Shown here piece by piece: positions 51,330 to 59,328 of a DNA stretch of 64,000 nucleotides. A program made the position numbers and the translations under genes. Location of the stretch: positions 1-64,000 of the IMG/VR virus record IMGVR_UViG_3300021373_003510; one strand, written 5' to 3'. Position 1 is the stretch's first letter. Each line of letters starts with the position of its first letter. The notes below the pieces were generated by a model. It ran no database searches. It worked only from the letters and a program-made list of their open reading frames with translations, and was not told where the DNA came from. The DNA comes from a virus.

Positions 51330-52109
51330 ATGGCATTTAATATTAGCAATTTTAAAAGTAGCTTTGAAAGATACGGCGGACCTGCTAAAGCAAACTTGTT
51401 TGAAATACAACTAAGTAAGCTGCCAAGGTTTATGCCTGAAAATAAACAAATGGATTACTTGAGAGAAATTAAATTCTTTTGTAGTGAAGTTACCTTTCCT
51501 GCTATCAATATTAATACATCAGAAATTGCACATGCAGGTCAAATGTTAAAAAGATATCCAACTGCAGTACAAAATCCTGGTCCTTTATCTGCTAAGTTCT
51601 TAGTTGATAGTGATCATCAAATATTAACATTCTTTCATAACTGGTCGCAACAAATAGTTCAGTATAGTAAAAGAGGTGGAGCTTTTGCTGAAACCGATGG
51701 AAAGCTTCCACACGAGGTTGGATTCAAAAATGACTTTGCTTGTGATTTATTAATTAAACATTTTACAACAGATAGTTTTCCAAATACTTATTATGAAGCA
51801 AAATTATATAAAGTTTTTCCTGTTGCGGTTGGTGCATTGGCATTAAACTGGGAAGGAGCAAGTTCGTTTCTTTCACTTGATGTTCAATTCAGTGCTGAAG
51901 ATATGGAATTCAGTTCTGATAAAACTGGTAAGACAGGAGATCGCTCAAAAAGAGGAGGCGGTCTTTTAGATATCCTTGGAGATATCGCTGGGTTTGCTGA
52001 TACTGTAAGAGGTACAGTTAAATCAGGTAGACCTACGAGTATACAAGATGCGGTAAACAGATTAAATAGATTAGGTAACGCAATTGATAACTTGGGTGAC
52101 AACATTTAA
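51330..52109 (+). CDS. Tail tube-fold protein (gp19/gp54-like tail tube initiator)
   Basis: GGPAKANLFE, FFC..V.FP, F..W...I, L..VFP.AVG.L.L.W motifs. Confidence 0.8.
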   Translation: MAFNISNFKSSFERYGGPAKANLFEIQLSKLPRFMPENKQMDYLREIKFFCSEVTFPAININTSEIAHAGQMLKRYPTAVQNPGPLSAKFLVDSDHQILTFFHNWSQQIVQYSKRGGAFAETDGKLPHEVGFKNDFACDLLIKHFTTDSFPNTYYEAKLYKVFPVAVGALALNWEGASSFLSLDVQFSAEDMEFSSDKTGKTGDRSKRGGGLLDILGDIAGFADTVRGTVKSGRPTSIQDAVNRLNRLGNAIDNLGDNI

Positions 52110-52125
52110 ATTATAGGAGTATATA

Positions 52126-52827
52126 ATGGCACTACCAAAAATTAATTTACCAATTTCGGAATTAGTTCTTCCGTCAAGTGGTAAGAAAATAAAATACAGA
52201 CCTTTTTCTGTAGCAGAAGAAAAAGTATTACTTGTCGCAGGTGAGACTGGCGACCCAGTACAAGAAATGGTTGCTATGAAGCAAATTTGTAATAACTGTT
52301 TAATTGATACTGATGTTGAAACTCTTGCTATGTTTGACTTTGAATACTTGTTCTTAAAGTTAAGATCAAGGTCGGTAGATAATGTATCTAAGTTTGTGGT
52401 TAACGATCCTGATACAAAACTTCCTGTTCAGTTGGAAGTTGATATTGACGACATTAATTATATCTTTGACGAAGGTCATACAAAAGAAATAGATATAAAT
52501 GATGAATATCGTTTATTTTTAAAGTATCCTGGGATTGATGATTTTATCGCAATCATTGATAAAGATCCTGAGGATCCATTAACAAATTATTATATTATGA
52601 CAAAGTGTTTAGATAAGCTTGCATCGGAAGATGAAGTACACGAGTTTAGTGAATATAGTGATGAAGAGATTGATGAATTCTTGGATGGAATATCAAGTGA
52701 GATATTGAAAAAGATTGGAAATTTCTTTGACACAATGCCGAAACTAAAACATTCAATTGAATATGAAAATAGTGAAGGAAAGAAAGTAACATTTAATATT
52801 GAGGGTACGAGAAGTTTTTTTACCTAA
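52126..52827 (+). CDS. gp26: Baseplate hub assembly protein gp26
   Basis: MALPKI..P...L.LPS.GK.IKYRPF.V.EEK.LL; FD.EYLFLKLR..SV; FFDTMPKL; ends EG..SFF. Confidence 0.92.
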   Translation: MALPKINLPISELVLPSSGKKIKYRPFSVAEEKVLLVAGETGDPVQEMVAMKQICNNCLIDTDVETLAMFDFEYLFLKLRSRSVDNVSKFVVNDPDTKLPVQLEVDIDDINYIFDEGHTKEIDINDEYRLFLKYPGIDDFIAIIDKDPEDPLTNYYIMTKCLDKLASEDEVHEFSEYSDEEIDEFLDGISSEILKKIGNFFDTMPKLKHSIEYENSEGKKVTFNIEGTRSFFT

Positions 52828-52851
52828 GCCTTAGTCATATTAGCCTAGGGC
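52815..52851 (+). promoter_or_regulatory. Candidate -1 programmed ribosomal frameshift signal
   Basis: T TTT TTT heptamer (52815-52821), 6-nt spacer, then stem GCCTTAG (52828-34)/CTAGGGC (52845-51). Confidence 0.7.
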
Positions 52852-52994
52852 ATTATTATCAAATGATATTTTCTATGGCACAACACCACAAATGGTCTGT
52901 GTCCGAAATTGAGGCTATGATACCTTATGAGCGGGATTTATATTTTAATATGTTAATAGAATTTATAGAACAGCAAAAGGAAGCACAACAGTAA
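52815..52994 (+). CDS. gp51: gp51-like hub assembly protein in the -1 frame of gp26 (missed by the ORF track; first ATG at 52863)
   Basis: The -1 frame reads FFYLSLSHISLGHYYQMIFSMAQHHKWSVSEIEAMIPYERDLYFNMLIEFIEQQKEAQQ*. YYQ..F.M.QHHK.S..EIE.MIP.ER is the gp51-like pattern. Confidence 0.85.
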   Translation, partial: FFYLSLSHISLGHYYQMIFSMAQHHKWSVSEIEAMIPYERDLYFNMLIEFIEQQKEAQQ

Positions 52995-53008
52995 AAGGTT
53001 AGTAACAA

Positions 53009-54838
53009 ATGGCAGAGAATAAAGATCAAATAGTAGAACGCCTAACGGAGGAAGGACTCTTATTAAGAAATAAGGGTACTAATTCTCTTAAGTCAGTTAA
53101 AGATAGAATAGGCGATTTAGATACAAAGTTTAGCGGAGTACTAAATTCTATTTCAATGCGCACTGGTGAAACTGCTCGTGCTTTAGGTTCAATTGAAAGT
53201 TATTTAATAACAGGAAATACTATTGCTAACGAAGGTCTTAATGAGCTTGCTGATAGAATAGACACAACTAACGAACAAGCAAAAGAACAAGCCGAAGATC
53301 AAAGACAACAAGATCAGGAAAACAGAAGACAAGAAAACGAAAATAGAAGAGAAGGGATTCTTCAAAATCCATTTAGTGCCATCATGGGAGACCTTGATAA
53401 TTTAAGAAAGGATATAAGACAAAAGCCTGGAGAAACTTTATTTAAAGGATTGAAATATGCGTTCCTTGCTCCTATCTTAGCAGGTGCGGTAAAAGGAGTA
53501 TTAGATTTAACATTTGGAGAAGGTTGGATTGATTCTCCGATTATGCAATTAGTTAGAGAGAATCCTGCTAAAGCTTTAATTGGAGCATTCGTTGCATTTA
53601 AGGCAGTTGATTGGATTGCGATTGGCGCATCTATTACATCAGCTATGTTATCTCTTAAAGCAATGGCCATGTCGAACGGCGGAAGAGGTGGACCTGTTGT
53701 TGCTCCTGGTGCTCCGGGAGCTCCTGGCGGTCAGGGTTCAAAGGGTAGTAGGTTAAAGAATTTCTTAAAAGGCAATAAAGGTAAAGTAGGTTTAATTTTA
53801 GGAGGCACAGGTTTATTATTATACGGCAACGAATTCTTTGACGGTGATGATGTCAAAGATGTTGAATCTGAAGTAAAAAGAATTAATCAAGAAGCAACTG
53901 CAGATGAACAGCGTGTTATTGATGAAAAATTAACAAGTTTTGAAAAAGAAAGAACAGGACTAGGCGATGCTTTAATTGACGCAACGACAGGTGCAGGTAT
54001 TGGTTTCCTTACAGGTGGTCCTGTTGGCGCATTGGTTGGTGCTGCAGGTGGTCTTGCCTTTACTTTGATTGGAAGAACATGGGAAGCCATTGATGATTCT
54101 ATGAATGATATTGATGCTATACCTAATGATATTGAGCAAGCATTACGACAAGAAACAGCAGCTCTCAATAGAAGAAGAAATAAATTATCAGCAGAACAAC
54201 AAGTAGAGCTATATAAAACTACTAACGCGGCAATTGAAAAAACAATCAAAGATCTTACTGATGAAACTGGTACAATGGATGCTGACATTGCTGCATTAGA
54301 AGGTGTTGATTTTGAAGCCGGCGTTACAAGAAGAACAGGCGGAAGATCTGGTAGGGAAATTACAGAGTTTGAAGTTAACGGCGAAATGTTAGAAAGAAGT
54401 GAAATAGAGAAAAAGCTACAAGACCTTAAAAATGAAAGAATATTAAGAGAAGAACAACTCGTTGCTTCAAGAAGAATTTTAGAATTAAGACAACAAGAAT
54501 CCGAAGCAGTACAAGAAAATATTAATGCACAAGGAGAAGCAACTGATACTGTTGCCGCAGTTGCCGATGAAGTACTTAAAAAGACAGGTACTAATCCTGA
54601 AATTGATCCTGACACAACAACAAGAGAAAGAGATGTTAGAACAACACAAACTGGTGGGTTTGCTTTTAATACAGTAAATAATTACTATAATAAAGGTGGT
54701 GATAACATTATGACAAACAGTTCTGATAACAGATCAAATGTTAGTAAGAATGTTGGTGTTGTTGTAAATGGTGGCGGTGGTGGAGGAAGTCGTTTCTCAG
54801 GTGGATTAATTGGTCCTAACGGACAAGCTATGGGATAA
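53009..54838 (+). CDS. Tape-measure-like protein (gp29-like, 609 aa)
   Basis: Helical/coiled-coil with Gly/Ala-rich hydrophobic segments; directly after gp26/gp51; size similar to T4 gp29. Confidence 0.65.
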   Translation: MAENKDQIVERLTEEGLLLRNKGTNSLKSVKDRIGDLDTKFSGVLNSISMRTGETARALGSIESYLITGNTIANEGLNELADRIDTTNEQAKEQAEDQRQQDQENRRQENENRREGILQNPFSAIMGDLDNLRKDIRQKPGETLFKGLKYAFLAPILAGAVKGVLDLTFGEGWIDSPIMQLVRENPAKALIGAFVAFKAVDWIAIGASITSAMLSLKAMAMSNGGRGGPVVAPGAPGAPGGQGSKGSRLKNFLKGNKGKVGLILGGTGLLLYGNEFFDGDDVKDVESEVKRINQEATADEQRVIDEKLTSFEKERTGLGDALIDATTGAGIGFLTGGPVGALVGAAGGLAFTLIGRTWEAIDDSMNDIDAIPNDIEQALRQETAALNRRRNKLSAEQQVELYKTTNAAIEKTIKDLTDETGTMDADIAALEGVDFEAGVTRRTGGRSGREITEFEVNGEMLERSEIEKKLQDLKNERILREEQLVASRRILELRQQESEAVQENINAQGEATDTVAAVADEVLKKTGTNPEIDPDTTTRERDVRTTQTGGFAFNTVNNYYNKGGDNIMTNSSDNRSNVSKNVGVVVNGGGGGGSRFSGGLIGPNGQAMG

Positions 54839-54872
54839 AAAATAAGGGACCCGAAAGCCCCTTATCTTTGTT
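54838..54872. terminator. Bidirectional intrinsic terminator
   Basis: ATAAGGG-acccgaaagc-CCCTTAT hairpin with an A-run on the left and a T-rich tail on the right, between convergent genes. Confidence 0.8.
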
Positions 54873-54874
54873 CA

Positions 54875-55039
54875 TTAAGCGACCCATTTCACACCGCGGT
54901 AAATTCCTTGCCGCTGTGCTTTAGATGGCTTACTTAGATTTTCGCTTTTCCAAGATACACCACGATAGACACCAGATTCAGTTTTTCTGGTTTCTTTCTT
55001 AGGCTTGTCTTGAACTTTGATACCTCTATAATAAGTCAT
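54875..55039 (-). CDS. YRG-repeat peptide (DUF4278-like, 54 aa); true start 55039
   Basis: MTYYRGIKV...GVYRGVSW...GIYRGVKWVA has three YRG motifs; GGAGG RBS at 55046-55050. Confidence 0.85.
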   Translation of the reverse strand: MTYYRGIKVQDKPKKETRKTESGVYRGVSWKSENLSKPSKAQRQGIYRGVKWVA

Positions 55040-55101
55040 ATCATGCCTCCAGTTTTCGTTTCGATTTCGTACATACAACTTTCGTTGCACACCCTTCTCA
55101 A

Positions 55102-55217
55102 CGCGTTCCTTCGGTATAACTGTCGGTCTCGTTCGGCAGAACGCCTACTTGCTTCCCCACAGAACGTGGGAGGTTTTCAGGTTATCCTACTTCCGCTATA
55201 TTTCTATAGTGAACGTA
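55102..55217 (-). ncRNA. Glutamine riboswitch-like RNA (glnA/glutamine-I type) with an enlarged P3
   Basis: 5' CGTTCA, P2 CTATA-GAAA-TATAG, CGGAAGTAGG, then 3' CCGAAGGAACGC. P1 is CGTTC/GAACG with an AGUA/GAA E-loop. It sits upstream of a YRG peptide, a known context for glutamine riboswitches. Confidence 0.8.
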
Positions 55218-55233
55218 TTACTATATATATCGG

Positions 55234-55761
55234 TTAACCTTTTGGTCTAGGACCAAATTTCAAATAAGCAAGAACTTTTTCAGGAGCAGTTTCACCATAC
55301 GGATCCGACTGACAATTATCAATCATTCCTGGCTCAGTGAATAATTTTTCAACTGTACCATTATCTACAACCATAGCATATCTCCAAGATCTTCTTCCAA
55401 AACCAAGATTGTCCTTTGCGACTAACATATCCATGCCAGCCGTGAACTCACAAGATCCATCAGGAATGAATTTTACATTCTTAACTCTTAGATCTTCAGC
55501 CCATGCATTCATAACAAAAGCATCATTACAGGAGACACAATATACTTCATCAATGCCTGCTGCAATAATCTCGTCATATAATACATCAAAGCCTGGAACT
55601 TGATTATTAGAACAAGTAGGTGTAAATGCGCCTGGCAGCGAAAATACTACTACTTTTTTATTGTCAAAATAGTCTGCAGTTGTTGGATGTGTCCATTCGA
55701 CTTCTCCAGTATCTACATTTCTGCTTCTTACTTTGAAAGTTACGTTAGGTACTTGTTTCAT
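55234..55761 (-). CDS. Peroxiredoxin (Prx5/type II-like)
   Basis: VVFSLPGAFTPTCS active site; VSCNDAFVMNAW; LGFGRRSWRYAMVV. Confidence 0.95.
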   Translation of the reverse strand: MKQVPNVTFKVRSRNVDTGEVEWTHPTTADYFDNKKVVVFSLPGAFTPTCSNNQVPGFDVLYDEIIAAGIDEVYCVSCNDAFVMNAWAEDLRVKNVKFIPDGSCEFTAGMDMLVAKDNLGFGRRSWRYAMVVDNGTVEKLFTEPGMIDNCQSDPYGETAPEKVLAYLKFGPRPKG

Positions 55762-55782
55762 TATATAATTTCCTATTTAATT

Positions 55783-55803
55783 GGGAGGCCATTGCGACCT
55801 CCC
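55783..55803 (-). terminator. Stem-loop after hsp20 (terminator or processing hairpin)
   Basis: GGGAGG...CCTCCC stem in the intergenic region; weak U-tail. Confidence 0.55.
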
Positions 55804-55816
55804 GGATTAATAAAGA

Positions 55817-56266
55817 TTAACCTTTTAAGAATTCTTTCTTAGTATCAATCTTAATTTTTCTAGCCTTTTTGCTCTCAGGAATTATTCTTTCCAAAGCAAC
55901 AGTTAAAAGGCCGTTTTTGAAGTTGGCTCCAATTACCTCAATATCGTCTGCAAGAGTAAAACTTCTTGTAAACTTTTTGAAGGAAATTCCACGATGAACA
56001 TAGTCACCGCCACCATTGAAGTAATCTCCTGCTTCATCCCATGTGGAACGAACAGTTAATACATCTTCTTTTACTTCGATTTCTACATCATTAATATCAA
56101 GACCAGCTAAAGCAAGATCAATAAAGAACTTATCTTCGTCTCTTCTGATATTGTAAGGCGGAAAGCCTTGTGCTTGATGTTGATGAGGGAACTCCACCAA
56201 TCTGTCAAAGACTCTATCGAATCCTACCGCAAATGGGTGTAGTTGATTTATATTTAATCCAGTCAT
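55817..56266 (-). CDS. Small heat-shock protein Hsp20 (IbpA-like)
   Basis: GFDRVF, FPPYNI, LALAG, YVHRGIS...FTRSFTLAD, A.FKNGLL.V.LERIIPE. Confidence 0.95.
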   Translation of the reverse strand: MTGLNINQLHPFAVGFDRVFDRLVEFPHQHQAQGFPPYNIRRDEDKFFIDLALAGLDINDVEIEVKEDVLTVRSTWDEAGDYFNGGGDYVHRGISFKKFTRSFTLADDIEVIGANFKNGLLTVALERIIPESKKARKIKIDTKKEFLKG

Positions 56267-56350
56267 ATTATTCTCCTATTAAGCAAGATTAATTATTATT
56301 TGATGGTTTATACCCATCACCTTTGTAAAGCCCTATCGGCGCCTTACAAA
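56267..56350 (-). promoter_or_regulatory. Structured hsp20 5' UTR, ROSE-like RNA thermometer
   Basis: Three hairpins; the last is UCUUGCU-uaau-AGGAGA, placing the UYGCU motif opposite the Shine-Dalgarno sequence. Confidence 0.65.
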
Positions 56351-56352
56351 AC

Positions 56353-56360
56353 TATTTATA
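56353..56360 (-). promoter_or_regulatory. T4-type late promoter TATAAATA overlapping the dUTPase stop codon
   Basis: Exact match immediately upstream of the hsp20 leader. Confidence 0.75.
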
Positions 56361-56877
56361 CACCAGTTGAGCCTATACCACCATCTCGGTCAGTTTTTTT
56401 CTCAGGTCGTGTATTTGTTTCTTTAAGTGTTGTTTGTTTAGTTTTTACTAATCTGCATTGTGCCAATCTGTCACCATCATGTACACTAACTAACGTATCT
56501 GAAATATTGTGTACAATAATATGCGTTTCGTCGACATAATCAGAATCAATTATACCAATACTATTAACTAATGTCAATCCTCTTTTCGTTGCTACACTTG
56601 AACGAATCATCATTTCCATTACATGGTTTTCTGGTATATCAAATATAAGTCCTGTTGGAATAAGAACTCTTGTTTCAGGTGGAATCTGAATTGTTGATGA
56701 AACTTTGTTACCACCTATGTTTTTTAATTTTGTTAAGATTGGTATTTCTTTATTCCAAGCGTCATATCCTTTTACACGCTCGCCATTAGTCAAGCAAGCT
56801 TTTACATCAAAGCAAGCTGAACCTTCGGTTGCGTATTCTGGAAGTGTTGCGTTGTCTCGTACTTTAAATACATTCAT
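56356..56877 (-). CDS. dut: Trimeric dUTPase
   Basis: Motifs GSACFD, RSS, GIIDSDY, RLAQ and RDGGIGSTG. Confidence 0.95.
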   Translation of the reverse strand: MNVFKVRDNATLPEYATEGSACFDVKACLTNGERVKGYDAWNKEIPILTKLKNIGGNKVSSTIQIPPETRVLIPTGLIFDIPENHVMEMMIRSSVATKRGLTLVNSIGIIDSDYVDETHIIVHNISDTLVSVHDGDRLAQCRLVKTKQTTLKETNTRPEKKTDRDGGIGSTGV

Positions 56878-56900
56878 AATATATAATTCCTATTTGTTAT

Positions 56901-56929
56901 ATTATACAACAGTTCGTTAGAAATGTCAA
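56901..56929 (-). promoter_or_regulatory. Consensus sigma70 promoter (early) for dut
   Basis: TTGACA-17 nt-TATAAT, exact. Confidence 0.9.
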
Positions 56930-56933
56930 TAGT

Positions 56934-57338
56934 TTATTTTTTTCCGATATTATATTTAACAGTCAATTCCCAATCGTTCTTTTCTTTAAATGAAATGATT
57001 TTAATTTGATTTAGAGAAGCAACTGGATCTTTAGTCTTTGAAGGATCCACTATTTTAACAAGTTCCCATTCTTCTAATAAATTCACTATCGTATTACGAC
57101 GAGAGATATCTTCTTCTGTTAACGTGTTATGCTTTCCGTCCAAAATAAACAATTCTTTAAAGTGCAAAATAGCGTACCTACCTTTCTTGTGCAGGATATG
57201 ACATGATTGATATAATTTCTTTTCTTTTCTGGAGGAAATTCCAATACGAGTTAAAGTCTCTTTGATTTTTAAAAAGCTGTCTTGTGTAGGCAACTCAACT
57301 TCGACTCCAACTCCTTTGAAGATATCTATGTTGTCCAT
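56934..57338 (-). CDS. regA: Translational repressor RegA
   Basis: FLKIKETLTRIGI.SRKEKKLYQSCHILHKKGRY.I.HFKELF.LDG. Confidence 0.97.
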   Translation of the reverse strand: MDNIDIFKGVGVEVELPTQDSFLKIKETLTRIGISSRKEKKLYQSCHILHKKGRYAILHFKELFILDGKHNTLTEEDISRRNTIVNLLEEWELVKIVDPSKTKDPVASLNQIKIISFKEKNDWELTVKYNIGKK

Positions 57339-57397
57339 GATTTATATTCACCTTGTAAATTATTATTAGTGGCAATGGTTTACAACCATATTACATT

Positions 57398-57405
57398 TAT
57401 TTATA
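57398..57405 (-). promoter_or_regulatory. T4-type late promoter TATAAATA upstream of regA
   Basis: Exact match in the gp62-regA intergenic region. Confidence 0.65.
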
Positions 57406-57416
57406 ATATACATATT

Positions 57417-57809
57417 TCAGCCACCTTCTGTAAGGCGTTCATGGACAGTCTCAAGCTGTTGTTTGTTCAACACTTTAAGATATTGTTTCGCAACAGTTCT
57501 ATTACACTGATACACTTCTTGGATTGCATCAAGATCTTTATCTTTATCAGCCTTAGGCCATTTTGAAAATCTTTTGCGCTTTCTTAGAACAGAACGATAA
57601 TAATCAAACTGAGCTCCATCAAATAAATGATGTCTCATGTTCATTTCGTTTGCGTGTAATATGGTATCTTCAAAATTAACAAAGCCACGGTTCACGATAA
57701 AGGCGTTGTACATCTTTTCAGTATGTTCAGGTATATCTGAGTTACGAATGATATCTTCCTTTGTAAAGGATGCTGCATTCATAAAATCAAATGGTGTTAG
57801 GTCTTTCAT
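57417..57809 (-). CDS. gp62: Clamp loader small subunit gp62
   Basis: YNAFIVNRG...DTILHANEMN......QFDYY....RKRKRFSKW; GGAGG RBS at 57816-57820 favours ATG 57809. Confidence 0.93.
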   Translation of the reverse strand: MKDLTPFDFMNAASFTKEDIIRNSDIPEHTEKMYNAFIVNRGFVNFEDTILHANEMNMRHHLFDGAQFDYYRSVLRKRKRFSKWPKADKDKDLDAIQEVYQCNRTVAKQYLKVLNKQQLETVHERLTEGG

Positions 57810-57969
57810 CAAGTACCTCCTGAAGTTCTTTTGCTAATTTGTCAAAATCTTTACCACAAGAATCACAAAGAGTTACTTTGTGTTTACCATCAGCGGTATT
57901 CATTTCAACCGTATATGCTTTGTGCTTTGGAGTTGTAGTATTACAATAAAAACATCTTGTCTTCAGCAT
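57787..57969 (-). CDS. Small CxxC...CxxC zinc-finger-like protein (60 aa)
   Basis: CFYC...CDSC; TAATG coupling to gp44; overlaps the gp62 start. Confidence 0.7.
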   Translation of the reverse strand: MLKTRCFYCNTTTPKHKAYTVEMNTADGKHKVTLCDSCGKDFDKLAKELQEVLDERPNTI

Positions 57970-58922
57970 TATACATACTCACACTCAATCATTACCTCGG
58001 TTAAGAAGGCAACCATATTAATTTCTTGGTCAGCAACTAAACCTGACTTATACATATAATCAGCAAGAGTTACAATAAACCCAGCTTGACTTTGAAGTGT
58101 AACCTTTTCAGATGCTGCATCGTATAGCCTACGAAACATTTCATTCATATCTTGGTCAGAGTTCTTGGCAACCCATTTACGCATATCGGTAAACTGTTTG
58201 CCTTTGAGCATTTTGAATAACTCATCAATAGATTCTTCTTTCAAATTAACAAAGATACCTTCATCAATTTTACCTGAAGCTGCATATGATTGTAATTCAG
58301 TTAGTACTCTACGAAAATCAGGAAAGTGCTTTTCAATAACTTTAGCAACTACTTGCTTGTTATATTCAACGCCTTCTTGTTCGAGAATTCCCATTACACG
58401 TTTGAAGAACTCCATTGCCATTTGTGGACGATCATCAGTATCAATAGTAAAGTCAACTTCAGAAAGTCGAGATCTCAATGGACTGATAATACGATTCTTG
58501 AAATTACAAGTAAAGATAAATCCACAGTTAGAGGAATATTCTTCAATAAAATTACGAAGAGCAGGTTGAACATTAGCTGCGTTCAAATAATCTGCTTCGT
58601 CAAAAATTACATACTTACGACCTGTACCTGTTAGAGAAACAGCGGATGCGAAAGTAGAGATGTCGTATCGGAGAGTATCAATATTAACATTAAGAGAACC
58701 GTTCTTTACGATATAATCGCAACCAAGTTCTTCAAGCATTGCCTTTGCGATAGTAGTCTTACCTACACCGGGACCGCCTGTTAATAATAGATTTGGAACA
58801 CTTCCGTCGGATACGAACTTACGGAATGTTTCTTTTGTCTTTTCTGGTAAAATAGTATCAGTAACTACTTGAGGACGATACTTTTCAACCCATAAGACTT
58901 CGTTTGATTTTGCATCAATCAT
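57969..58922 (-). CDS. gp44: Clamp loader large subunit gp44 (AAA+)
   Basis: LWVEKYRP, GGPGVGKTT, DEAD, PLRSR and FPDFRR. Confidence 0.97.
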   Translation of the reverse strand: MIDAKSNEVLWVEKYRPQVVTDTILPEKTKETFRKFVSDGSVPNLLLTGGPGVGKTTIAKAMLEELGCDYIVKNGSLNVNIDTLRYDISTFASAVSLTGTGRKYVIFDEADYLNAANVQPALRNFIEEYSSNCGFIFTCNFKNRIISPLRSRLSEVDFTIDTDDRPQMAMEFFKRVMGILEQEGVEYNKQVVAKVIEKHFPDFRRVLTELQSYAASGKIDEGIFVNLKEESIDELFKMLKGKQFTDMRKWVAKNSDQDMNEMFRRLYDAASEKVTLQSQAGFIVTLADYMYKSGLVADQEINMVAFLTEVMIECEYV

Positions 58923-58957
58923 AGCTCACCTTAAACATAATATAAAATAATAAAAAA

Positions 58958-59003
58958 TTCGAGACCGAACGTAGGGGGCCTTTCGGCCGCCCCACTTCTC
59001 GAG
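58958..59003 (-). terminator. Intrinsic terminator-like hairpin
   Basis: Minus strand TCGAGA..GGGGCGGCC-GAAA-GGCCCCC..TCTCGA followed by TTTTTT. Confidence 0.7.
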
Positions 59004-59022
59004 AATAGGTTAAAGCTGTAGA

Positions 59023-59328
59023 TTACTCGACAACTTTATCAGCTAAAGTAGCACCATCAGCTTCTGATGTATCGACATCAACTGCCTGTTCCGCAACGGT
59101 TGAACCGTCAGGTTGAGGAGCCTTTTGTCTTAGGAATGCTTCGAGTTTATTTCTCAGCATACCTACACCAGCAAGCTCTTGCCCTTGAAACCCACCACGT
59201 TGTGATACTACATCAATAATCTGTAGGATCGTGGAGATGTCGCCAAGAGTAATATCTACTTCTTGCTGTTGCTGTTGACCACCCATTTGCATAGGTTGGC
59301 CTTGCATTGCTTCATTCATATTAATCAC
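59023..59328 (-). CDS. Hypothetical protein (~100 aa)
   Basis: Coupled to gp45 by a GTGA overlap; QIIDVVSQRGGFQG.EL..VG.LR.KL core. Confidence 0.75.
   Translation of the reverse strand: MINMNEAMQGQPMQMGGQQQQQEVDITLGDISTILQIIDVVSQRGGFQGQELAGVGMLRNKLEAFLRQKAPQPDGSTVAEQAVDVDTSEADGATLADKVVE

Noticed and set aside
53887-54615. 242-aa antisense ORF (also 6815-7285, 24655-25101, 58165-58569, 61203-61655)
   Set aside because: These are antisense shadows of well-supported genes, with Ser/Leu-rich composition and no motifs.
55010-55237. 75-aa plus-strand ORF, and the 5' extension of the YRG ORF to 55090
   Set aside because: Both overlap the riboswitch-like RNA; the GGAGG RBS supports a start at 55039 on the minus strand.
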